A DNA stretch of 64,000 nucleotides from positions 8,556,001 through 8,620,000 of the forward strand of contig NC_043002.1 of assembly GCF_006345805.1 (NCBI RefSeq), given 5' to 3'. Position 1 is the first letter of the stretch; every line of letters starts with the position of its first letter. Shown here in pieces: positions 1 through 11,463 of this stretch. Both the position numbers and the translations under genes were made by a program. The notes under the pieces were generated by a model. That model worked only from the letters and a program-made list of their open reading frames with translations, ran no database searches and was not told the origin of the DNA. Source of the stretch: Octopus sinensis (taxonomy: Eukaryota).

Positions 1-1050
1 TGTGATAAGCTAGCATGTCTGTACACTGGTTCTTCAGAGATAAGGTGAGTATGTATGAAAGTTCTAGGTGAGGAAACTCACAGTTTATAAGGAATAGAAT
101 AGTAAATAGAAGAATAAAGAGTAAAACAGTAGATGGAAGAATACGGACAGGAAAATAAAGTACACAGCTCATCTTCTTCAAGAGGGTATGGAGCTTGGTC
201 CATACTTTCATGAAGGTATTGGCCCTTAAGTATAATTCCAGGTGAGTCCAGGCAGCATTTTGGCAGTATTTTGTAGCATCACTACAGACAGATATGGATA
301 GTGAGTGAGTGAATAGAAGAGAAAGGAGGAACAGTGAAAAGACAGGGGTGGGGAAAGAATGAATGAGAGCGAAAGTAAAATAAAATTTTAAAAATCAGAA
401 TCAAAAATATAAAATAAAGATAAAGATATAGGCGCAGGAGTGGCTGTGTGGTAAGTAGCTTGTTTACCAACCACATGGTTCCAGGTTCAGTCCTACCGCG
501 TGGCACCTTGGGCAAGTGTCTTCTACTATAGCCTCGGGCCGACCAAAGCCTTGTGAGTGGATTTGGTAGACGGAAACTGAAAGAAGCCCGTCGTATATAT
601 GTATATATATATATGTGTGTGTGTCTGTGTTTGTCCCCCTAGCATTGCTTGACAATCGATGCTGGTGTGTTTATGTCCCCGTCACTTAGCGGTTCGGCAA
701 AAAGAGACCAATAGAATAAGTACTGGGCTTACAAAGAATAAGTCCCGGGGTCGAGTTGCTCGATTAGAAGGCAGTGCTCTAGCATGGCCACATACATATG
801 ACTGAAACAAGTAAAAGAGAGTAAAGAGAGTATAAGATGCCAGTAATATTCTTCATAAGGATCAGTTTGGGGTGAGAGCTCAGGTATTAAGGTCTTGGTA
901 AGGTGGAGGAGGAAGACATTTATGTCTATTAATTAAATAGATAAATTCCAGGTGCAGTGTGGTCAGACTAGGTATTGGAAAGCAAATGATACTTTAACAA
1001 TGAAGGTGGATTGCCATAGCACTGTGACTGGTTTGCCATTGGACCTTTCA
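1..1050 (-). mobile_element. Highly decayed LINE (CR1/Jockey-like) RT-region relic, interrupted by a SINE
   Basis: Non-microsatellite sequence on both sides of the SINE at 431-831; the minus strand only loosely recalls post-RT LINE sequence and has many stops. Confidence 0.25.
431..831 (+). mobile_element. tRNA-derived SINE family A, full length
   Basis: A-box-like TGGCTGTGTGGTAAG and B-box-like GGTTCAGTCC, CORE-like CCTTGGGCAAGTG, central (TA)/(TG) tract, 3' GTAAAAGA repeats; many copies in the window. Confidence 0.9.
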
Positions 1051-1654
1051 AATATGCTTTTGGAGAGGGGGAGGGAGAGAGAGAGAGAAAGAGAGAGAGA
1101 GGATGAGTTTATTGAAGCTTAATATTTCATATACATTAAGGTTTTACCTTCAATGTTTTCGTTTGGTTGTCAAATTCATTGTCAGGAATGTACAGTAGTA
1201 TATACGAAGATACATAGTGATAAGTTAAAGCGAACAGGAAGTACAGTATTTGGTTGCAAGCATAAACCCCCCCATCTAAACCAAAGAGACAGACAGAGAT
1301 GAAGAGGATACTATATCCTTTTACTGATTTGATATCAGTCATTGACTGTGGTCATGCTGGGGCCACTGCTTTCCCCGAGTACAGACGATTGTATCATTTC
1401 CAATATTATTTTCATTGACTGCTGCTTATCTTATCGACTTCAAAAAGATCAAAAGCAAAATGCACCACCAAGATCTGAACACAAAATATAAAATGACACA
1501 AACTAAATACCACAAGGTATTTCGTGTGATTCTCTACTATCCATATTCCAAAGCACCCCCCACCAACCATACTTTGATGTTCTCATGTTCTCTATAGGTT
1601 ACAAGAAAACAGTCTTTTATTTCACATAATGAATGAATGAATGAGTGTTTGTGG

Positions 1655-1703
<49 letters not shown>

Positions 1704-1724
1704 TGTCTGTTTTAAGAGGATCCT

Positions 1725-2149
1725 TACTCTCTTTTCTCTTTCCACTCTTTTACTTGTTTCAGTCATTTGACTGCGGCCATGCTGGAGCACCGCCTTTAGT
1801 TGAGCAACTCAACCCCGGGACTTATTCTTTTTGTAAGCCCAGTACTTATTCTATCAGTCTCTTTTGCCGAACCGCTAAGTGACGGGGACGTAAACACACC
1901 AGCATCGGTTGTCAAGAAATACTAGGGGGACAAACACAGACACACAAACACACACATACATATATATAGATACATATCCATATATACGACAGGCTTCTTT
2001 CAGTTTCCGTCTACCAAATCCACTCACAAGGCTTTGGTTGGCCCAGGGCTATAGCAGAAGACACTTGCCCAAGATGCCACGCAGTGGGACTGAACCTGGA
2101 ACCATGTGGTTGGTTAGCAAGCTACTTACCACACAGCCACTCCTGCGCC
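1725..2149 (-). mobile_element. SINE family A, full length
   Basis: Reverse complement of 431-831. Confidence 0.9.
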
Positions 2150-2195
2150 TTAGGTTATAATTGTAAACATTTTGTTTGAAAATATTGAAGTAAAG

Positions 2196-2405
2196 GGCAG
2201 CAAGCTGGCAGAAACGTTAGCACGCCGGGCGAAATGCTTGGCGGTATTTCGTCTGCCACTACGTTCTGAGTTCAAATTCTGCCAAGGTCGACTTTGCCTT
2301 TCATCCTTTCGGGCTCGTTAAATTAAGTACCAGTTACGCACTGGGGTCGATGTAACCGACTTAATCTCTTTATCTGTCCTTGTTTGTCCCCTCTGTGTTT
2401 AGCCC
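2196..2405 (+). mobile_element. tRNA-derived SINE family B
   Basis: Head GGCAGCAAGCTGGCAGAA, B-box-like GAGTTCAAATTC, central GCCTTTCATCCTTTCGGG...TAAGTACCAG; more than 12 copies in the window. Confidence 0.88.
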
Positions 2406-2407
2406 AT

Positions 2408-2588
2408 TCATCATCATCATCATCGTTTAACGTCCGTTTTCCACGCTAGCATGGGTTGGACGGTTCGAACGGGGTCTGGAAAGCCAGGGGCTGGACCAGG
2501 CTCCAGTCTGATCTGGCAGAGTTTCTACAGCTGGATGCCCTTCCTAACGCCAACCACTCCGCGAGTGTAGTGGGTGCTTTTTACATGA
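2408..2588 (-). mobile_element. Retroposon family C with (GAT)n tail, 3' part
   Basis: (CAT)n-CGTTTAACGTCCGTTTTCC...CTGGATGCCCTTCCTAACGCCAACC, recurring throughout the window. Confidence 0.85.
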
Positions 2589-3424
2589 CAAACAAGGACA
2601 GACAAACAGATTAAGTTGATTACATCGACCCCAGTGCATAACTGGTACTTAATTTATTGACCCTGAAAGGATGAAAGGCAAAGTCTACCTCAGCGGAATT
2701 TGAACTCAGAACGTAACAGCAGATAAAATACAGCTACGCATTTCGCCCGGCATGCTAACATTTCTGCCAGCTCACCGCCGTGTATATATATCCATATATA
2801 TAATTATTACACATGTATATATATGTATATATATATATACGGCAAAAAGAAAATGCAGGGAATATAGAAATGACATATATCAACTGTTAGACAGTCTTTG
2901 CATATGTATATATTCTTACAAATGTTTTAGAATAAATAAATAGCCAGCCTCTCCTGGCACCTGTGCCGGTGGCATGTAAAAGGCACCCACTACACTCATG
3001 GAGTGGTTAGTGTTAGGAAGGGCATCCAGCTGTAGAAACACTGCCAGATCAGAATGTCAGATCATGTGACAGTACCAATGCTGGAGCACCATCTTTGGTC
3101 GAACAATTGACCACAGGATTCATCTTTGTAAGCTTAGTACTTATTCTATCGGTCTCTTTTGCTAAACCACTAAGTTATGGGAATGTGAACACAGCAACAT
3201 CATTTGTCAAACAATGGTGAGGGTACAAACACAGAGACACACCCACAAATATACACATATATACGACAGTCTTCTTTCAGTTTCTGTGTACAAAATACAC
3301 TCTCAAGGCTTTGGTTGGCCAGTGGCTATAATATATATATAATATATATAATATATATATATATATCCATATCCATATACATATATATATCCATACACAC
3401 ACACACACACATACACATATATAC

Positions 3425-3651
3425 ACCAGAGTAAGCACATAAATGTAAAACAAGGTGGAAAAATAGTACTCAAATACCAGAGGTAGAGTAATATGCTTTA
3501 TTTAAAAGCAGCAGAAATGTAGCAAAAGCTGTTACTCAGAGTTTCATGTTCCCATTTGTCGAACAGTTTTAACAAAATTGTCCAACGAACGGGAACATGA
3601 AACTCTGAGTAACATCTTTTGTTATATTTCTGCTGCTTTTAAATAAAGCAT
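3425..3651. mobile_element. Fold-back element in (TA)n with hammerhead-like folds in both arms (Penelope/retrozyme-like)
   Basis: Inverted arms 3493-3570 and 3574-3651; a related fragment lies at 58735-58822; tandem copy at about 5347-5574. Confidence 0.7.
3529..3566 (-). ncRNA. Minimal type-I hammerhead-like fold, variant core UCGACAA
   Basis: Minus strand reads CUGU-UCGACAA-AUG GGAA CAU-GAAA-CUCUGAG-UA^ACAG; stems I, II and III all pair. Copy at 5452-5489. Confidence 0.65.
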
Positions 3652-3766
3652 GCATATATATATATAAAATTATTTGAGGGAATATTAATCCTAACTTATA
3701 GGGAAAAATTCAATTTAGAAATACTAAATCAAATTTCACACAATATAATATATATATATATATAAA

Positions 3767-3991
3767 AATTAGAAAAAACCCACCTTTTATCAATTCAAAA
3801 TGAACATTTAAATTACACCATCTAGAAAATTACATATAATAGAATGTTTTTATTATTTTTTATTATTTTTTTTGCAATTTACTAATCATCAGTATATTAT
3901 TGTTATTTTAATATTTCTATTATATGTAATTTTCTAGATGGTGTAATTTAATTGTTCATTTTGAATTGATAAAAGGTGTTTTTTTCTAATT
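3767..3991. repeat. Fold-back element in (TA)n with a decayed hammerhead-like spacer
   Basis: Inverted arms about 3767-3845 and 3915-3991; CTGATGA on the minus strand at 3886-3892; tandem copy at about 5692-5919. Confidence 0.65.
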
Positions 3992-4228
3992 ATATATATA
4001 TATATTATATATTATATATATATGCATATATAAAATCAAAATAACTAACAGGATATCAAAAAGCGATGCTTGTAAGCTATGACACCAGTAAGCTTTGTGC
4101 ATTTCTTGGGAATGTCTATTCTTAGCTACAAAAACACAACATGGATTTCTTTCATCTTTGTTGCTCTGTGAAAGTATTTTACTAAAATGTATTGATGCGT
4201 CCAACTGATTAAATTCTATTTATATTTG

Positions 4229-4314
4229 TGCAGCTGATGACAGCCTTGCATTTAAATTGACGTAATGATTGCATTGTCCAATTAAATGGAGCCACTTGAA
4301 ACGGTCGTACTGCA
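4229..4314 (+). ncRNA. Type-I hammerhead-like fold with canonical core
   Basis: UGCAG-CUGAUGA-long imperfect stem II-GAAA-CGGUCG-UA^CUGCA; stem I is 5 bp and stem III ACGGUCGU is near self-complementary. Confidence 0.75.
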
Positions 4315-5241
4315 TCACCTCTGGATATCCTGTTTCTTACTTTGATTTTATTCACCTTACTTCGAGGTGTGTGGACAATACCGGATTAACTTCGTGCTTC
4401 AACTTAAGTACCTAATTCAACTGAATCTCAGTTATTTCTTATATCCATATATATATATATTTTTTTTTTACTACCCATAAGGGGCCAAACACAGAGGGGA
4501 CAAACAAGGACAGACAAACAGATTAAGTTGATTACATCGACCCCAGTGCATAACTGGTACTTAATTTATTGACCCTGAAAGGATGAAAGGCAAAGTCTAC
4601 CTCAGCGGAATTTGAACTCAGAACGTAACAGCAGATAAAATACAGCTACGCATTTCGCCCGGCATGCTAACATTTCTGCCAGCTCACCGCCGTGTATATA
4701 TATCCATATATATATAATTATTACACATGTATATATATGTATATATATATATACGGCAAAAAGAAAATGCAGGGAATATAGAAATGACATATATCAACTG
4801 TTAGACAGTCTTTGCATATGTATATATTCTTACAAATGTTTTAGAATAAATAAATAGCCAGCCTCTCCTGGCACCTGTGCCGGTGGCATGTAAAAGGCAC
4901 CCACTACACTCATGGAGTGGTTAGTGTTAGGAAGGGCATCCAGCTGTAGAAACACTGCCAGATCAGAATGTCAGATCATGTGACAGTACCAATGCTGGAG
5001 CACCATCTTTGGTCGAACAAATTGACCACAGGATTCAGTCTTTGTAAGCTTAGTACTTATTCTATCGGTCTCTTTTGCTAAACCACTAAGTTATGGGAAT
5101 GTGAACACAGCAACATCATTTGTCAAACAATGGTGAGGGTACAAACACAGAGACACACACACAAATATACACATATATACGACAGTCTTCTTTCAGTTTC
5201 TGTGTACAAAATACACTCTCAAGGCTTTGGTTGGCCAGTGG

Positions 5242-5284
<43 letters not shown>

Positions 5285-6151
5285 ATATCTATATCCATAT
5301 ACATATATATATCCATACACACACACACACACATACACATATATACACCAGAGTAAGCACATAAATGTAAAACAAGGTGGAAAAAATAGTACTCAAATAC
5401 CAGAGGTAGAGTAATATGCTTTATTTAAAAGCAGCAGAAATGTAGCAAAAGCTGTTACTCAGAGTTTCATGTTCCCATTTGTCGAACAGTTTTAACAAAA
5501 TTGTCCAACGAACGGGAACATGAAACTCTGAGTAACATCTTTTGTTATATTTCTGCTGCTTTTAAATAAAGCATGCATATATATATATATAAAATTATTT
5601 GAGGGAATATTAATCCTAACTTATAGGGAAAAATTCAATTTAGAAATACTAAATCAAATTTCACACAATATAATATATATATATATATAAAAATTAGAAA
5701 AAACCCACCTTTTATCAATTCAAAATGAACATTTAAATTACACCATCTAGAAAATTACATATAATAGAATGTTTTTATTATTTTTTATTATTTTTTTTGC
5801 AATTTACTTAATCATCAGTATATTATTGTTATTTTAATATTTCTATTATATGTAATTTTCTAGATGGTGTAATTTAATTGTTCATTTTGAATTGATAAAA
5901 GGTGTTTTTTTTCTAATTTATATATATATATATATATATATATATGCATATATAAAATCAAAATAACTAACAGGATATCAAAAAGCGATGCTTGTAAGCT
6001 ATGACACCAGTAAGCTTTGTGCATTTCTTGGGAATGTCTATTCTTAGCTACAAAAGCAACAACATGGATTTCTTTCATCTTTGTTGCTCTGTGAAAGTAT
6101 TTTACTAAAATGTATTGATGCGTCCAACTGATTAAATTCTATTTATATTTG

Positions 6152-6237
6152 TGCAGCTGATGACAGCCTTGCATTTAAATTGACGTAATGATTGCATTGT
6201 CCAATTAAATGGAGCCACTTGAAACGGTCGTACTGCA
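6152..6237 (+). ncRNA. Hammerhead-like fold, tandem copy of 4229-4314
   Basis: Same sequence in the second duplication unit. Confidence 0.75.
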
Positions 6238-6780
6238 TCACCTCTGGATATCCTGTTTCTTACTTTGATTTTATTCACCTTACTTCGAGGTGTGTGGACA
6301 ATACCGGATTAACTTCGTGCTTCAACTTAAGTACCTAATTCAACTGAATCTCAGTTATTTCTTATATCCATATATATATATATTTTTTTTTTTACTACCC
6401 ATAAGGGGCCAAACACAGAGGGGACAAACAAGGACAGACAAACAGATTAAGTTGATTACATCGACCCCAGTGCATAACTGGTACTTAATTTATTGACCCT
6501 GAAAGGATGAAAGGCAAAGTCTACCTCAGCGGAATTTGAACTCAGAACGTAACAGCAGATAAAATACAGCTACGCATTTCGCCCGGCATGCTAACATTTC
6601 TGCCAGCTCACCGCCGTGTATATATATCCATATATATAATTATTACACATGTATATATATGTATATATATATATATACGGCAAAAAGAAAATGCAGGGAA
6701 TATAGAAATGACATATATCAACTGTTAGACAGTCTTTGCATATGTATATATTCTTACAAATGTTTTAGAATAAATAAATA

Positions 6781-6990
6781 GCCAGCCTCTCCTGGCACCT
6801 GTGCCGGTGGCATGTAAAAGGCACCCACTACACTCATGGAGTGGTTAGTGTTAGGAAGGGCATCCAGCTGTAGAAACACTGCCAGATCAGAATGGAGCCT
6901 GGTGCAGCCTCCTGGCTTAGCAGACCCCGGTCGAACCGTCCAACCCATGCTAGCATGGAAAGCGGATGTTAAACGATGATGATGATGATG
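6781..6990 (+). mobile_element. Retroposon family C
   Basis: GGAAGGGCATCCAGCTGTAG...CCATGCTAGCATGG...(GAT)n. Confidence 0.85.
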
Positions 6991-7351
6991 AAATAGACAT
7001 AACCTGGAAACATGTCATTAGGAAACAAACTTTTTAACCACACAACAACGACTGCACCTATGTACATGTGAAAACATTCTTACATATATTTTTTCAATCC
7101 ATAAAATATATACTTAAAATAAATTATATAAAGCTTTCTTGTTTTTAAAGCAACACAGTCTTACTTACATATACCATTTCCAATGCATATTTAAAGAGAA
7201 GATGGGGGGAAAGAAAGGGCAAAGTACAAACTCTTGCAGGTAAGGCTGCTCTATCAACAACCACTCCAACAAGAAGAACAACACTCCGAGATGCTAGCAC
7301 AGATATCATGACAATGACATTGATAATAACAGCAACCATAATGACAGTGTG

Positions 7352-7382
<31 letters not shown>

Positions 7383-8134
7383 TTGTGTGTATGTGTGTAT
7401 GTGTGTGTGTGTTTGTGTGTATGTGTGTATGTGTGTGTGTGTTTGTGTGTTTGTTGTGTGTGTGTGTGTGTGTGTGTGTGATGCAGGTAGGTGTCTGTCA
7501 TTAGGAATTTTATCTTATAAAAGGATTTTGATCAAGAATTTAATTTAAGCATGAATTTTAATATAGGCAGAGGCTGCTATCAATGAAGCGTCAACCGATA
7601 TGTTTTGATCAGACATATTCTACATTGAAAATCTGAACAGCTTTCAACTTCCTAGCTTTTCATTTGTTCACTGGCAAAGAATCAAACAAACACTAGAAGT
7701 ATTGACCATTAAAATAAAATCACAGTTCAAAACAAGCCTCTTACCATTCTTGGCTGTTCGTAGAATAATCAAATTATTAATCCGACCAGATGATCTGATA
7801 CTGGATATATTGCATTTTACTTTTAGGGAAAATATAAAATTATTAGATTTATAATAATCAGGATGTTTACAGGTATTCATAAAATAACATTTTACATTTT
7901 TGGGTTTTTTTCTTTTATGAAATTCAACAAAGTTAAAGAATTTTTGTTTTCTTTGAACTTAAACTTATTAAGGGCTCTTTATTTTTAAGAGATTTAACAA
8001 GTTTGCTTCCCCATAAATTAGTGACTTGAAGTTCAATAGCGTTTGTTCTATGACTGAAAATATTCTATAATGAAACACTGAGGTTTACTAACTACAGGAT
8101 CTGGAGTTCAAGTATTACTATATACACTGACAGA

Positions 8135-8366
8135 GGGCGGCAAGCTGGCAGAATCGTTAGCGTGCCAGGTGAAATGCGTAGCCATATTTCGTCTGTCGTT
8201 ATGTTCTGAGTTCAAATTTCGCCGAAGTTGATTTTGCCTTTCATCCTTTCGGGGTCGATAAATTAAGTACCAGTTTCACACTGGGGTCAATGTAATCGAC
8301 TTAATCCCTTTGTCTGTCCTTGTTTGTCACCTCTACGTTTAGCCCCTTGTGGGTAGTAAAGAAATA
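8135..8366 (+). mobile_element. SINE family B, full length
   Basis: Matches family B from head to GGGTAGTAAAGAAATA. Confidence 0.9.
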
Positions 8367-8770
8367 TATATACACTAACAGACAAAAAGAATTTTGCTTG
8401 ATTAACAACCAGTTCTATTTGTAATGGCAAGGTATTCAACTGCAAAATCAAATATCCAACATTGTGTAAAATACCTAAATTCCCAAAACCCAAAACCCAC
8501 CATAACTGTGTTGGTTAACCAGAAAGCTTTATATAATTTTTTAAAAACATATATTTTATGGATTGAAAAATTATATTCTTACTCAAAGCAGATTTATCTA
8601 TTAGTTAAAAGTGAAAACCAACATACTGCTTCTCAGAAGAGAAAAACATCCAGTATTCTTTGCAAACTATTTCCTTCCCAATCCCATTTTCTTTCCTTTA
8701 TAAAAATATATAGATATTAATAATCCAGAGAGAAATCTATTGCTTTAGAATAAGCATGACATTGTATAGT

Positions 8771-9018
8771 GGAGGCGCGTGGCTTAGTGGTTAGGGTGTT
8801 GAACTCATGATCATAAGGTTGTGGTTTCGATTCCTGGATCAGGCAATGCGTTGTGTTCTTGAGCAAAACACATCATTTCACATTGCTCCAGTCCACTCAG
8901 CTGGCAAAAATGAGCAATCCTATGACGGACTGGCGTCTCATCCAGGCAGGGAATTTCTATGCCACTGAAACCGGGAAACCGACCCTTATGAGCCTGGCAT
9001 GGCTTGAGAAGGAACATT
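8771..9018 (+). mobile_element. tRNA-derived SINE family D
   Basis: GGCGCGTGGCTTAGTGGTTAGG A-box, GGTTTCGATTCC B-box, CORE-like GTTCTTGAGCAA; relatives at 34483-34600 (+) and 46900-47115 (-). Confidence 0.8.
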
Positions 9019-9145
9019 TTATATATATATATGACATTGTATCCCATACATAATTATTACAATTGGAGGACATAGAATTATGGTTCAATATGATACCTGG
9101 TATTTAATTCTATCAGCAAGGAAATAAAATCTTGATTGACACAGC

Positions 9146-9374
9146 TTAACCCTTTCATTACCATATTTATTTTGAGATGTTCTGTGTTTCTTTCAGTTAT
9201 TTAAAATATAACAAAGAATTTAGTAAAATAACTTAGTTATCATTAAGCTAGTATTAGGAACATAAATTGTGACTAAGGTTTGGTGGAAGATTTTAATTCA
9301 AAACTTATGAAAACAAGACATTTGTACTACAGAGCCAGAGGCGGTTTCAGCTGGGTTGGTAACGAAAGAGTTAA
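9146..9374. mobile_element. piggyBac-type MITE, about 230 bp
   Basis: TTAA-CCCTTTCATTAC...GTAACGAAAGAG-TTAA; TTAA target duplication with short TIRs. Confidence 0.85.
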
Positions 9375-9636
9375 CAGGCAGTTGGATTACTAACCAAAGA
9401 CTTAGTGGATCATTTTGTCTTTAACACTATTGTGCTATGTACATGTACCCTATTCAATAAAGTGTAATGTATCATATGTATGTTACCTATGTAAGGTGTG
9501 AAAAGACTGTATAGTCGACAAATGTTTCATTAGTTTAGAATACCGAAGTGTAAATCCATTTGAGACTTGGACAATAATAGAGGGGCTCACACTGAAGTTC
9601 CGTTGGAATTTCAGCAATTACTGCATTAAAGGGGCC

Positions 9637-9865
9637 CTAACCCTTTCATTACTGTATTTATTTTGAGATGCTCTGTGTTTCTTTCAATTATTTTAAATAT
9701 AACAAAGAATTTAGAAAAATAACTTAGTTATCATTAAGCTGGTGTTAGGAACATAAATTGTGACAAAGGTTTGGTGGAAGATTTTAACTCAAAACTTAAG
9801 TAAACAAGACATTTGTACTACAGAGCCAGAGGCGGTTTCGGCCGGGTTGGTAATGAAAGGGTTAA
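9637..9865. mobile_element. piggyBac-type MITE
   Basis: Same family, CCCTTTCATTAC/GTAATGAAAGGG TIRs. Confidence 0.85.
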
Positions 9866-10506
9866 TATTATTCATGAACAAGAGGTTGTGAAGACAGTAA
9901 AATGATAACAAATGTACTTTTTAACAACCTGGAATTCATTCAGTAATATATATTCTCAAGTAATATTTTCTTAAATTTTAGGTAAATGATGTTACTTGCT
10001 TATAAGAAAGAAAAATTAAAAATTACTCCCACATATTCCAAAACTTTCCAGACAGTTATTTTGTTAATAATATTAAGATTTGTTAGATTTTCATTTCGTG
10101 GGAGAGATATTCAAGAGATTTTATCATCAATGTGAATAATCATTTTAGTATTAAAACGATTTTTTAGAGAAAAAACCCAAAAAACAAACAAACATGAATA
10201 AGTAGAATAATCATTATAAAACATTACTTTCCCAAAATATTAATCAGTAATCAGTGACAATTCAGAAAACATTAATAAATTATTCATTGTAACAGATGCT
10301 ACAGAATCGTTACTTGACGAAGTGAAAGAAATACATTCTAGCAGCGTTCATTGCTTTGTTCTATTTCGATCTAATTTGGAAAATAACAAATTCCATTGGC
10401 TACTCTGATTGATGAGCTTGATGCTTATTAAAATTCTAATTACTGTTGTAGCGTTTGTTACCATGGAAACTGTATTGAAACAAAAGACAATTATCGTATA
10501 TTTATG

Positions 10507-11056
10507 ACAATAGCAGCGTGAAAGGTGTTTATAAGCCATTTAAGAAACACACAAAAACCGTTAGATTCACTTCAACATTTAAATTTAATTTGTCAAAATA
10601 TTTTCGTTGCTTTGAGACCATGACCTGTTATAAAGTTTTGTCAGTGAACAGATAACAGTTTCAAAGCGATGAAAATATTTTGACAAATTAAATTTAAATG
10701 TTGAAGTGAATCTAACGGTTTTTGTGTGTTTCTTAAATGGCTTATAAACACCTTCCACGCTGCAATTGTTTTCGTTCCAGCACACGATCTCAGATCAAGT
10801 CACTTGCTATGCGAGTACATCTCCGTATATTTATAAACATTGCTAATATCACTAACCACTTCAAGTTGGTGTAGAATCGTTCTAACGAATAACATAAATT
10901 AAAATACGGAAACTATTACATATTACTAGGACAGCCGTGAGGTGCAATGTTGAACAAGATATAAAGCTCTTTGTAAACCAAAGTATTTCCTTGCTCAAGC
11001 AGCTACAAGGAACCTAAGCCCGACATGGGTAGCTTGTAATTGAGTATGAAAAACAC
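10507..11056 (+). mobile_element. Penelope-like non-coding element with about 120-bp inverted arms and a hammerhead-like fold
   Basis: Arms 10507-10629 and 10647-10769; 10635-11056 is homologous to 21395-21818. Confidence 0.7.
10637..10687 (+). ncRNA. Minimal hammerhead-like fold, G3-C8 core variant (stem II decayed)
   Basis: UUUGUCA-GUGAACA-...-GAAA-AUAU-UU^UGACAAA; stem I is 7 bp and stem III AAUAUU is palindromic. Confidence 0.55.
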
Positions 11057-11123
11057 ATTCAGGACTGAAAAAGCACATGCAGTCATCAAACTGAATAAAA
11101 TTCTTTGTACATATTAAAATTGC

Positions 11124-11463
11124 ATCTTGGGCAAGTGTCTTCTGCTATAGCCCCGGGCCGACCAATGCCTTGTGAGTGGATTTGGTAGACGGAAACTGAA
11201 AGAAGCCTGTCGTATATATGTATATATATATATATGTGTGTATGTATGTGTTTGTGTGTCTATGTTTGTCCCCCTAGCATTGCTTGACAACCGATGCTTG
11301 TGTGTTTATGTCCCCGTCACTTAGCGGTTCGGCAAAAGAGACCGATAGAATAAGTACTGGGCTTACAAAGAATAAGTCCCGGGGTCGATTTGCTCGACTA
11401 AAAGGCGGTGCTCCAGCATGGCCGCAGTCAAATGACTGAAACAAGTAAAAGAGTAAAAGAGTA
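11124..11463 (+). mobile_element. SINE family A, 5'-truncated
   Basis: Matches family A from CATCTTGGGCAAG onward. Confidence 0.88.

Larger units (their letters stand above)
2588..6893. repeat. Tandem duplication, unit about 1.92 kb, about 2.25 copies
   Basis: Near-identical blocks start at about 2588, 4500 and 6424; differences are mainly homopolymer and microsatellite lengths. Confidence 0.93.

Noticed and set aside
431-505. tRNA-like sequences at SINE heads
   Set aside because: No complete cloverleaf; they continue into SINE bodies, so they are not tRNA genes.
1147-1190. Weak hammerhead-like motif on the minus strand (CUGACAA...CGAAA-ACA-UU)
   Set aside because: Stem I is only about 3 bp, positions 3-8 mismatch and stem II is offset.
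7151-7239. Possible exon (AG acceptor, CAG/GTAAG donor, open frame ending MGGKKGQSTNSC)
   Set aside because: No recognisable protein, and the next candidate exon near 7567 stops quickly; cannot be supported without RNA data.
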